NCBI GenBank assembly: GCA_965368975.1
Contig: CBDUPA010000002.1
Span: 160,001-224,000 of the forward strand
Reading direction: 5' to 3'
DNA: 64,000 nt
Source: an uncultured bacterium
GTDB lineage: Bacteria > Acidobacteriota > Thermoanaerobaculia > Multivoradales > JAHZIX01
Positions 43,365 to 54,068 of the stretch are shown one piece after another (the first letter of the stretch is position 1; each line of letters begins with the position of its first letter). Both the position numbers and the translations under genes were made by a program. The notes below the pieces were generated by a model, which made no database searches, had not been told where the DNA came from, and saw only the letters and a list, made by a program, of their open reading frames with translations.

Positions 43365-45875
43365 ATGACCCAACGCCGCTCCTCCGGCTCGCGAGGCACG
43401 GGGACTACCCGACGCGGCGGACGACAACCGCCTTCCGTACGCCCACGGACGACGGCACGGAACACGCGCGGCACTGGAACTCGGAGCACGGGCGGAAGCA
43501 CCAAACGCCCGACCATCCGTACCGTGCGCCGGCGCCGGCCGCGCTGGCGGCGCTGGTTGGGACGCGTCTTCCTGGTGCTGTTGCTGGCACTCGGCGGCGC
43601 CCTGGTGTGGTTGCTGTGGCCCCTGTGGGAGATGTCCGCCCGCTTCAATAGTGCTGCGGTGACGCTGCAGCCATCGCGTCTCTACGGCCAGCCATTGCGT
43701 CTCGAGGTCGGCGCCGTGCAAGAGATCGCACACTTGACCGACGAGCTGGACGCCCTCGGCTACCGCGCCGCCACGACGCCAGAGGAACTGAGCGCCGGCC
43801 GTTACCTGCTGGAGTCCGACCGCCTGCGTGTGCACCAACGCTCCTTTCGCACCGTCCGCGGCCCGGTCGGTTCGACAGTCCTGGACGTACGCTTCGGCGC
43901 CAGCCGCGACGGCAATCCCGGCCGCCGCCGCGTGCGCTCGCTGCATTGGGGCAATCGCGCCACGGATCTAGCCTTCTTCGAACCACCGCTCGTGGCGTCC
44001 TACTACGGCCCCGAGTTGCAGGAGCGACGGCCGGTGACGCTGCAGCAGGTGTCAACCGAGCTGACCCGCGCGGTGCTCGCCGCCGAGGACGACAGCTTCT
44101 TCCAGCACTCCGGCCTCTCGCCCACCGGCATCCTGCGCGCCGCCTGGGTCAACCTCGCCGGCGGCGAAGTCAGCCAGGGTGGCAGCACACTGACCCAGCA
44201 GCTGGTCAAGAACCTCTTCCTGACCCCCGAGCGCACCTGGTCCCGCAAGGCGCGCGAGGCAGCACTGGCGGTCTTCGTCGAGGCCCGCTATGACAAGTAC
44301 GCCATCCTCGAGACCTACCTCAACGAGATCTACCTCGGGCGCAGCGGTCCGATCCACTTGCTGGGCGTTGGCGCCGCCAGTTGGGCCTTCTTCGGCAAGC
44401 AGCCGGCCCACCTCGACCTGGCCGAGGCCGCGACGCTGGCTGGTGTTATCCGCTCACCAGCCAACTTCGATCCGCGACGACATCCCGAGACGGCCCGCCA
44501 GCGGCGCAACATCGTGCTCGGACGCCTGGTCGAGCTGGGCTGGGTGACCGAGGACCAGGCAACGGCCGCGCGCGAAGAACCGCTGGTGGTACGCGAGCAG
44601 GCACTGCAGGCCCGGCGGGCGCCGTACTTCGCCGCCTTCATCGAAGCCGAGGCGCAGCGCCGCTTTGGCCTCGACGACTTGACGGACGGTGGCTACACGC
44701 TGTTCACCACCCTCGATCGTCACGCCCAGGAAACGGCAGAGCGGACCGTGCGTGAAGGTCTGCAGCGCCTGGAAGAAGGTCCGGAGAAGCGGCGTCGGGA
44801 CGGCGGCGATGGCCCGCTGCAAGCGGCCCTGGTGTCGGTGGACGTGAGCAGCGGGGCCATTCGCGCCTACGTTGGTGGTCGCGATTTCGCGGGCAGTCAA
44901 TTCGACCGCGCGTCGCAGGCACGGCGCCAAGCCGGCAGTACCTTCAAACCCCTGGTCTACGCCACCGCCTTCGAGGGCCGGGTGGTGTCACCGTCGTCGC
45001 TCGTGCTCGACGAGCCCCTCGAATACAAGGTCGGCGACAAGGTCTGGAGACCCGAAAACGACGACGGCGAGTACAAAGGCCTGATCCCCGCCCGCCTGGC
45101 GGTCGAAGAAAGCCGCAACGTACCGACCGCGCGCCTGGCGCTGGAGGTCGGCCTCGAGCGCATCGTCGCCCTGGCGCGCCAGCTCGGCATCACGACACCG
45201 CTGCGACCGCTGCCCTCACTGGCCCTCGGAGCCTTCGAAGTTGCCCCCGTCGAGCTGGCGGGGGTCTACGCGACGCTGGCCGCCGGAGGTGTACGCCACC
45301 AGGTGCACGGTCTGGAGAAGGTGCTCGACGGCCATGGCCAGCCAGTACCGACCCTCGAAGGCGCCGAGCTGGCCGCGCCGCAGCGCGTGCTGAGCTTGCA
45401 GTCGACGTACCTGATGACCCACGTCCTGCAAGGCGTCTTTGTGCGCGGCACCGCCCGCCGCGTGCGCAGCGAGCTGAGCGGCAGCCTTGCCGGCAAGACC
45501 GGCACCACCAACGGCCGCCGCGACTGCTGGTTCGCTGGCTACTCACCGACGATGGCAACCGTCGTGTGGGTCGGCTACGACGACAACAGCCGCACCCGCC
45601 TGACCGGCTCCACCGGTCCGCTGCCAATCTGGGCCGACTACATGGAATCCGTGCGCAACCCGGCCGGTTTCAGCACCTTCCGCCAACCCTCCGGCATCGT
45701 CACCGCCGCCATCGACCCGCAGACCGGCCAGCTCGCCACCGACCGCTGCCCCGAAGTGATCACGGAAGTCTTCCTAGACGGCGAGCAGCCGGCCGAGCAG
45801 TGCCAGGAGCATTACAGCTGGTGGCGCTCGCGGATGAACCGGCTTTTCGGCAACGATTCCCGACCTCCACCCTAG
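43365..45875 (+). CDS. mrcB: Class A penicillin-binding protein (PBP1B-like)
   Basis: TM anchor, UB2H-like region, transglycosylase motifs AAED..F..H.G, GGSTLTQQLVKN, RKARE; transpeptidase STFK, SRN, KTG. Confidence 0.88.
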   Translation: MTQRRSSGSRGTGTTRRGGRQPPSVRPRTTARNTRGTGTRSTGGSTKRPTIRTVRRRRPRWRRWLGRVFLVLLLALGGALVWLLWPLWEMSARFNSAAVTLQPSRLYGQPLRLEVGAVQEIAHLTDELDALGYRAATTPEELSAGRYLLESDRLRVHQRSFRTVRGPVGSTVLDVRFGASRDGNPGRRRVRSLHWGNRATDLAFFEPPLVASYYGPELQERRPVTLQQVSTELTRAVLAAEDDSFFQHSGLSPTGILRAAWVNLAGGEVSQGGSTLTQQLVKNLFLTPERTWSRKAREAALAVFVEARYDKYAILETYLNEIYLGRSGPIHLLGVGAASWAFFGKQPAHLDLAEAATLAGVIRSPANFDPRRHPETARQRRNIVLGRLVELGWVTEDQATAAREEPLVVREQALQARRAPYFAAFIEAEAQRRFGLDDLTDGGYTLFTTLDRHAQETAERTVREGLQRLEEGPEKRRRDGGDGPLQAALVSVDVSSGAIRAYVGGRDFAGSQFDRASQARRQAGSTFKPLVYATAFEGRVVSPSSLVLDEPLEYKVGDKVWRPENDDGEYKGLIPARLAVEESRNVPTARLALEVGLERIVALARQLGITTPLRPLPSLALGAFEVAPVELAGVYATLAAGGVRHQVHGLEKVLDGHGQPVPTLEGAELAAPQRVLSLQSTYLMTHVLQGVFVRGTARRVRSELSGSLAGKTGTTNGRRDCWFAGYSPTMATVVWVGYDDNSRTRLTGSTGPLPIWADYMESVRNPAGFSTFRQPSGIVTAAIDPQTGQLATDRCPEVITEVFLDGEQPAEQCQEHYSWWRSRMNRLFGNDSRPPP

Positions 45876-45942
45876 AGTCAGCGCCTGCGGTAAGATCCAA
45901 GGTTCCCGTCACGTCGAAGATACGGGTGACGGAAACCACCTC

Positions 45943-48900
45943 ATGTCCCAAAGCAAGAAGACTTCCACTTCCACGGCACCCTCCCCGGCTGCAGGCGAAG
46001 GCCCAGCGACCGAGGCACGCCCCGCGATCGAGGTCAGAAAAGCCGAGACGCACAATCTCAAGGGCATCGACTGCAGCATCCCGCACGGCAAGGTGACGGT
46101 GGTGACGGGACCGTCGGGAGCGGGCAAGTCGTCGCTGGCGTTCGACACGATCTATGCCGAGGGGCAGCGCCGCTTCGTCGAGTCGATGTCGACTTACACG
46201 CGGCAGTTCCTACAGCAGATGGAGCGGCCACCAGTCGAGAGCCTGGACAACATTCTGCCGTCGGTGGCCTTGGAAGCGAAGAACAGCGTGCGCAACGCGC
46301 GCTCGACGGTCGGCACGATCACCGAAGTGCAGGATGTTCTGCGGCTGCTGTTGACGCATCTGGGCGAGGTCGGCTGCCCCGAGGGGCACGGACCGGCTCG
46401 GCGCTTCACCGCCGACGAGGCTGCGCAGCTGCTGGTGGATGGGGAAGTCGGGGAGCGCTTCTTGCTGCTGGTGCGGCTGCCTCGACCGAAGAAGAATGCC
46501 AACCAAGTCCTGCAGGAGCTGATCCGTCAAGGCTTTGGGCGTCGCCTGGCGGATGAGCTGGACGACGGCTTCGACGAGGAGAACAATGCGCAGGCCGTGG
46601 TGCGCATGCCGCCGAGCACGCGCTGGCCCAAGGCACGTGCTGAACTGGTTTTGGTGCTCGGACGCTTCCGAGCGCGCGAAGAAGCGCGGGGCCGCATCGC
46701 TGAGACGCTCGAGCAGGGCTTCGACATGCGCGGCGGCCAGCAGGGAGCGGAGGGTGATACCGCCGGGCCGACGGCAGGGCTCCTGGAAGCAGTAGGTGAG
46801 GCGGCAGGTGAAGACGGTAGGCGTTACTTTTCTCGTCAGCTCGGCTGCGTTCACTGCGGACGCGCGCTGCAGGCGCCGCAGCCAGCCTTGTTCTCCTTCA
46901 ACTCTCCGCTCGGCGCCTGCCCGGAGTGCCAGGGCTTCGGCCGCGTGGTCGGCATCGACCGCCAGCGCGTCGTGCCCAACCCGAAGCTGACGCTCGAAGA
47001 ACGGCCGATCGCGCCGTGGAACACGCCGGCCTACGAGGACCTCTACGAGCCCCTGTTCGCAACCTGCAAAGAGCAAGGCATCCCAATCGACGTACCGTGG
47101 CAAGAGTTGACGGACACGCAACGCGCCTGGGTGTGGAGCGGCACGAAGGCCGGCAAGCGACCGGGGCGGCGCAGCGGCAACCGGCACAGCGGAGAGTTCG
47201 TGAACCTGGACGGCTTTTTCGCCTGGCTGGAGAAGCGTACCTACAAGGTGCACGTGCGCGTGCTGCTGGCCCGCTACCGCTCGTACGAGCCATGCACCGT
47301 GTGCTCCGGTACGCGCCTGCGGCCAGCGGCACGGGCGGTGACACTCAACGGACGCACGATGCCCGAGCTGTGCGATCTGAGTATCGAGAACCTGCGCACC
47401 TGGCTGCAGAAGCAAACCTGGACACCGACGCAGCGGGCACGCGCCGGTCATTTGCTGGAGCAACTCACCGAGCGCGTCGAAGTGCTGTGCCGGGTCGGCC
47501 TCGAATACCTGACGCTCAACCGCCAGGCACGCACGCTCTCCGGCGGCGAGACGCAGCGCATCCACCTGGCGGCGTCGCTCGGCTCCGGCCTCACGAGCAC
47601 CCTCTACGTGCTCGATGAACCAACCATCGGCCTGCACCCCGGCGACAGCCACCGGCTGGTGAGTCTGCTGCGCGAGCTGGCCGAGCGCGGCAACACGGTG
47701 CTGGTGGTGGAGCACGATCGTACGGTGATCGAAGGCGCGGACTATGTGCTCGACTTGGGACCAGCCGCCGGTGAAGGAGGTGGCGAGATCGTGGCCGCCG
47801 GCAGTCCGGACGAGATTCGGACCAACCCAGCCTCGCTCACCGGTCGCTACCTGCACCACCGCGCCCCAACACCGGCACGCAAGCACTTGCAGCGCTTCCG
47901 CCGCGAGCGCGGCCTAGGCTCGCTGGAAGTCGACCTCGAGACACGGCCGCAGATCGAGATCGTCGGTGCCCAAGCGCACAACCTGCGCGGCATCGATGTG
48001 CACTTTCCGAAGGGCACGCTGGTGGCGGTCACGGGCGTCTCGGGCTCGGGCAAGTCGACGCTGATCGAGAACGTGCTTCACGGCACCTACCAGCGCAGCC
48101 GCGGCGTGGTGGACGTGGAACCGGGCGAATGCAAGGCGCTGCACGGCCTCGACGACCTGGCTGACATCACACTCGTCGACCAGCAGCCGATCGGCCGCTC
48201 GACGCGCTCGAATCCGATCACCTACGTCGGTGCCTACGACGAGATCCGCAAGCTCTTCGCCGCCACTGCCGACGCCAAGCGCGGCGGCATCGCCGCCGGC
48301 CATTTCTCCTTCAACACCGATCGCGGCCGCTGCCCCGAGTGCAAGGGCACCGGCGTCACCGAAGTCGACATGCACTTCATGGCCGCGGTGACCGTCTGCT
48401 GCGAGAGATGCCAGGGCCACCGCTTCCGGCCCGAGGTGCTGGCCGTACGCCTCGTGGGCCGCAACATTTCGGAAGTCCTCGACTTGAGCGTCGATGCCGC
48501 GGTCGAACTGTTCAGCGAGCAGAAACGACTGTGCCGACGGCTGCGGCTGCTACAGGATGTCGGCCTCGGCTATTTGCGGCTCGGGCAGCCGACTTCGACG
48601 CTGTCCGGCGGTGAAGGGCAACGACTGAAACTCGCGAGCTTCCTGGACCGTCCAAAGAAGGAACAGCGGCGCCTCTTCTTGTTCGACGAGCCGACCACCG
48701 GTCTGCATCCGTCTGACATCGACCTGCTGTACCGCACCTTGCGCCGGCTGGTCCAAGGAGGTGACACCGTGGTGGTGGTCGAGCATTGCTCCGACCTCAT
48801 CGTGCACGCAGACTGGATCGTCGACCTGGGCCCCGGCGGTGGTATCCACGGAGGCGATCTGCTGTATTGCGGTTCCTTGCACAGCTTCGTCGAGTCCGTC

Positions 48901-48969
48901 GACAGCCCGACCGCCGTCGAACTGCGCCGCTTCCTCGGCGGTCTACCACCCGGCTCGTCAGCCTCCTGA
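45943..48969 (+). CDS. uvrA: Excinuclease ABC subunit A (UvrA family)
   Basis: HNLK, TGPSGAGKSSLAFDT..AEGQRR, FSFNSP.GACP.C.G.G, LSGGE, second cassette TGVSGSGKS, FSFN...GRCPEC. Confidence 0.92.
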   Translation: MSQSKKTSTSTAPSPAAGEGPATEARPAIEVRKAETHNLKGIDCSIPHGKVTVVTGPSGAGKSSLAFDTIYAEGQRRFVESMSTYTRQFLQQMERPPVESLDNILPSVALEAKNSVRNARSTVGTITEVQDVLRLLLTHLGEVGCPEGHGPARRFTADEAAQLLVDGEVGERFLLLVRLPRPKKNANQVLQELIRQGFGRRLADELDDGFDEENNAQAVVRMPPSTRWPKARAELVLVLGRFRAREEARGRIAETLEQGFDMRGGQQGAEGDTAGPTAGLLEAVGEAAGEDGRRYFSRQLGCVHCGRALQAPQPALFSFNSPLGACPECQGFGRVVGIDRQRVVPNPKLTLEERPIAPWNTPAYEDLYEPLFATCKEQGIPIDVPWQELTDTQRAWVWSGTKAGKRPGRRSGNRHSGEFVNLDGFFAWLEKRTYKVHVRVLLARYRSYEPCTVCSGTRLRPAARAVTLNGRTMPELCDLSIENLRTWLQKQTWTPTQRARAGHLLEQLTERVEVLCRVGLEYLTLNRQARTLSGGETQRIHLAASLGSGLTSTLYVLDEPTIGLHPGDSHRLVSLLRELAERGNTVLVVEHDRTVIEGADYVLDLGPAAGEGGGEIVAAGSPDEIRTNPASLTGRYLHHRAPTPARKHLQRFRRERGLGSLEVDLETRPQIEIVGAQAHNLRGIDVHFPKGTLVAVTGVSGSGKSTLIENVLHGTYQRSRGVVDVEPGECKALHGLDDLADITLVDQQPIGRSTRSNPITYVGAYDEIRKLFAATADAKRGGIAAGHFSFNTDRGRCPECKGTGVTEVDMHFMAAVTVCCERCQGHRFRPEVLAVRLVGRNISEVLDLSVDAAVELFSEQKRLCRRLRLLQDVGLGYLRLGQPTSTLSGGEGQRLKLASFLDRPKKEQRRLFLFDEPTTGLHPSDIDLLYRTLRRLVQGGDTVVVVEHCSDLIVHADWIVDLGPGGGIHGGDLLYCGSLHSFVESVDSPTAVELRRFLGGLPPGSSAS

Positions 48970-49037
48970 CACGACCCTGGCCCAGGTCTTGAGGGCATGC
49001 TATTCTTTGCACAACCTCGGAGGTTGCCAATAACGTC

Positions 49038-50558
49038 TTGTCAAGGGAGGACGGTACCATCTCCGGCCCAAAGAAATACTTCCTCGAAGCTAACGGTCGT
49101 CAGCTGGCGCTTCAGGAGGGAGACATCATTGTTGGACGCAGTCGCAACTGCAATCTGGTGCTCAAGGATCCGAGTGCCAGCCGCAATCATGCGCTGCTGA
49201 TCGTGCATCCCGATGGTGTTCGGCTGAAGGATCTCAACTCCACCAACGGTACCTATGTCAACAATCAGCGACTCACCGAAGATCTGCCACTGAGCCCGGG
49301 TGACCGCATCTCGATCGGCCAGACGGAGATGGTGTTCGGGGCGACGGAAGATGTCCTGAGTTCGGCTGCCGAGGTGCCCGCAGCGGTCAAGCCAGCCGCG
49401 GGCCTGCGCCAGGAAGAGACGTCGGACGACAAGGTGCCGACGGCCCTCGGCCCCACGGCAGCGGCCACGGATCTTGGAGCCGGCACTGGGCTAGCTGCTA
49501 CTGGGTTGGCCGACACCGGAGTTGCCGACCTTGGTGCGGCTGGCATTGAGGCGGCCAGCCCTGGCGCCGCGAACACAGGCGAAGGAGCCAGGGTTTCACG
49601 CAGCGCAACGACGTCCGTGCTGTCGCGGAACTCGCGAGAAGCCGAGGCGGCAAGGCGCGCCCATGCGAGCGAGGGCGGCGGCGACGAGGCGGGTAGCCTT
49701 GGTTCCGCGACTCCTGGATCTACGACTCCCGCCGCCGGCGAAGCCGGCACAACGACCGGCAGTGACGAAGCCGTTGACGAGATCTCGGTCCTCGACGCAC
49801 TGGAAGAAGAGTTGCAACCGTCTCTTCCTCAGCCGGATGCGCCCGCTCCACCTGCTGACGACATCCCAGACTCGGGAGAGACGGTACCCGAAGACCCCGC
49901 TGCCGCAGCGGCGCCCCACGCGGTATCCGGTAACGGCAGCGGCAGTGGCGGTAGCGGCGAGTTGCTTCCGTCGCTGGACCTCGACGATTTCGACCAGGAC
50001 CCGGTCTCGACGAGCGGAGACGACCTGCCCAGCTCGAGTGCGGCCGGCTCCGCCATGGCTGCCGAGGCTACAGCTTCTTCGGCGACATCCTCGACAGGTG
50101 GCTACCGGGCCGACAGTGTCGTCTTCTCGTCCGGCCGGCAACGCGCCGCAGCCCGCGGCCCCATGCTCGAGCCGGCCGGCTTCGGCATTCGCCTCGCCGC
50201 GGCGTTGGTCGACTTTCTGTTGCTCGGCCTGCTGGGCGCTGGCGTGTTCTTCGGAGCCGGCGGACCGCAGTCGACCGCCGCCAGCACGCTGAGCAGCCTG
50301 GCAACCTGCGCCGGCGCGCTGCTGATGCTGCTGTTCGGCTGGACCCTGTGGGGCACCACGCCGGGCAAGCGGCTGTTCAAGCTCTACATCCGCCAGGACG
50401 ACGGCGCCGAATTGAGTGCCGGAAAGGCGATTCTGCGTCTACTCGGCTACCTGGCCAGCACCCTCGCCCTTGGACTCGGCTTTCTGATGATCGCGTTCAC
50501 CAAGGGAAAACGAGGACTGCACGACGTCATTGCCGGGACCTATGTGGGCCGCGCCTGA
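49038..50558 (+). CDS. FHA domain - low-complexity linker - RDD family membrane protein
   Basis: VGR...ASRNHA...DLNSTNGTYVN (FHA); AGFGIRLAAALVD...TPGK...RGLHDVIAGT (RDD). Confidence 0.85.
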   Translation: MSREDGTISGPKKYFLEANGRQLALQEGDIIVGRSRNCNLVLKDPSASRNHALLIVHPDGVRLKDLNSTNGTYVNNQRLTEDLPLSPGDRISIGQTEMVFGATEDVLSSAAEVPAAVKPAAGLRQEETSDDKVPTALGPTAAATDLGAGTGLAATGLADTGVADLGAAGIEAASPGAANTGEGARVSRSATTSVLSRNSREAEAARRAHASEGGGDEAGSLGSATPGSTTPAAGEAGTTTGSDEAVDEISVLDALEEELQPSLPQPDAPAPPADDIPDSGETVPEDPAAAAAPHAVSGNGSGSGGSGELLPSLDLDDFDQDPVSTSGDDLPSSSAAGSAMAAEATASSATSSTGGYRADSVVFSSGRQRAAARGPMLEPAGFGIRLAAALVDFLLLGLLGAGVFFGAGGPQSTAASTLSSLATCAGALLMLLFGWTLWGTTPGKRLFKLYIRQDDGAELSAGKAILRLLGYLASTLALGLGFLMIAFTKGKRGLHDVIAGTYVGRA

Positions 50559-51714
50559 CGCGACCCCTCGACGGCTCCTGCTCAAGTTCTCAGGACACTT
50601 GCTGTTTGGTGCCGGCCTGCTGCTGGGAACGAGTTTGGTGCTTGCACCCAGCAGAGCCGTACGAGCCTCTAGCGCGCAGCCCTCTCCACTCCAGCAAGTA
50701 GAGAGCCAAAACCTGGCTGCCGCCCGCGCCGCGGGCACGTATCTTCTGCACCATCAGCGTCCGGACGGCACCTTCCAACGACGCTACGAGCCGCGTCTCG
50801 ACCGCGCCCTCCCCGGCCTCGACCCACGGCGCCAGGCGCTCACCTGCTTTGCCCTCTTTCACCTCTACGGTGCTACCGGTGATCCGCTGTTCTTGGCCGC
50901 CGGTGAGCAGGGACTGCGCCCCCTGCTAGATCACCTGCAGCCAGGGCATCCGGTGCAGCCCGGGTCCGTCGCCGAACCACAGCAGGTACGCTACCTGCAC
51001 GACCTGCCAGGCGTCGCGACAGCAGGCGCCAATGCGGCTCTGCTGCTGGCTCTGGTCGAGCACCACCTGCACACCGATGAGGAACAATGGCGCGCGACGA
51101 TGCAGGCACTGGCCTGGTTCCTGCTCGGCTTGCAGCAGTCCAACGGCGAGCTGCTCGACGCGCTCGAAGTGGAACCAGACAGCCCGCGGCACATCGCCTT
51201 GCCGGGCACCGGCTCCGCTGTGCTGGCACTGGCCCGGCTCGGGCAGATCGACGACGCTGGGCCATGGCGTCTCAGCGCCCGCCGCGCCGCAGTGTGGCAG
51301 ATGGCCATCCACGACCTCGGCCGTAGCGTCGACGACCTGCCGCGCGACGAGTGGCTGGTGTTGGCACTCGCCGAGCTATACCTGGAGGAAGACTGGGGTC
51401 GCCGCTTCTACATCCACGCGCGCCGTATCACCAGCGGTCTGCTGCGCGAGCGCACGCAGTGGCCCACCTGGAACCCTGACTGCCTCAGCGCCGCTCGAAC
51501 CGCGCGCGCCGCCGCCGCAATGGCAGAGATAGCAGCCGTCGGTGGCGACGACCCAGCTCCGTACCAACAAGCCACCGACGAGCTGCGCGCGCGGCTCCTT
51601 GCGTGCCAGCGTCCGGCCGGTGGCGTCGAGCGACGGCCGGAGCAGGGCGAAATCACCCTGCCGGCCGTCTATCACGCCATCTTGGCCTGGCTCGAACCCA
51701 GCCTTACCGAGTGA
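50542..51714 (+). CDS. Hypothetical exported alpha/alpha-toroid-like protein (start uncertain)
   Basis: Hydrophobic N-terminal stretch; repeated Q..DG.F / Q..NG motifs typical of alpha/alpha barrels; fills the gap before the convergent ettA. Confidence 0.6.
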   Translation: MWAAPDATPRRLLLKFSGHLLFGAGLLLGTSLVLAPSRAVRASSAQPSPLQQVESQNLAAARAAGTYLLHHQRPDGTFQRRYEPRLDRALPGLDPRRQALTCFALFHLYGATGDPLFLAAGEQGLRPLLDHLQPGHPVQPGSVAEPQQVRYLHDLPGVATAGANAALLLALVEHHLHTDEEQWRATMQALAWFLLGLQQSNGELLDALEVEPDSPRHIALPGTGSAVLALARLGQIDDAGPWRLSARRAAVWQMAIHDLGRSVDDLPRDEWLVLALAELYLEEDWGRRFYIHARRITSGLLRERTQWPTWNPDCLSAARTARAAAAMAEIAAVGGDDPAPYQQATDELRARLLACQRPAGGVERRPEQGEITLPAVYHAILAWLEPSLTE

Positions 51715-51721
51715 GCTGGCG

Positions 51722-53401
<1,680 letters not shown>

Positions 53402-53543
53402 ACACCCTCCTCGGCGCGCAGGATACCCGATCTGGACCCTAGAAACCGAGCCCCATCGAACCTCGACCCAGAGACGCCAGCCTACAAACCGCGTGCTAAA
53501 GTACGGCGGCGAGCCGAATGACCCGAACCAAGGAGGAACCTCG

Positions 53544-54065
53544 ATGGCTTATCTCTCGACAAAGCGCGCTCTGCCCCTGGTGGTAGCGTTGATCTTGTGC
53601 CTCGGCGCAGCTGTGGCGCCCTCGTCCGTAGTCGCTGCTGCAGTAGACACCCCGGTGGCCGACAACGCGGATACCCCACAACAAGCCACTCCGCACCACG
53701 ACGTCAGCGTCGACGTCGCCGGCGTCACCGTCTTCGTCGACCCGGAGACCGGTCGCCTGCGCCAGCCGACCGCCGACCAGGCCCAGGCTCTGGCCAGCGC
53801 GCTGCGCCGGCACTTCACCGGCATGGACAAGTCGATCACCAGCCCCAAGTTCGAGCGCCGCGGTGACGGTACCCTGATGTATCGCTCGGCCCCCGAGTTC
53901 ATGAACTACACCATCGGTCTGGCATCACCGAATGGCGACACGACCACCACCTGCGCCCCGAACCTGGAGCAGGCGACCGCCGTGCTCGAGAACCCGCAGC
54001 CCGTGCTCGAGGCGGCCCGTGCCGCCGAAGCCGAGAAGCAGGCTCAGCAGCGGGGGGAGATGTAA
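53544..54065 (+). CDS. Secreted hypothetical protein ([11 protein letters not shown] family), possible propeptide-like partner of the downstream peptidase
   Basis: RBS AAGGAGG, signal peptide, [14 protein letters not shown] motif, single Cys. Confidence 0.75.
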   Translation: MAYLSTKRALPLVVALILCLGAAVAPSSVVAAAVDTPVADNADTPQQATPHHDVSVDVAGVTVFVDPETGRLRQPTADQAQALASALRRHFTGMDKSITSPKFERRGDGTLMYRSAPEFMNYTIGLASPNGDTTTTCAPNLEQATAVLENPQPVLEAARAAEAEKQAQQRGEM

Positions 54066-54068
54066 ACC

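Noticed and set aside
49440-49560. Short degenerate repeats in the FHA-RDD linker, and ADSA repeats in the VWA gene near 11155-11195
   Set aside because: Low-complexity linker coding sequence; not CRISPR or mobile repeats.
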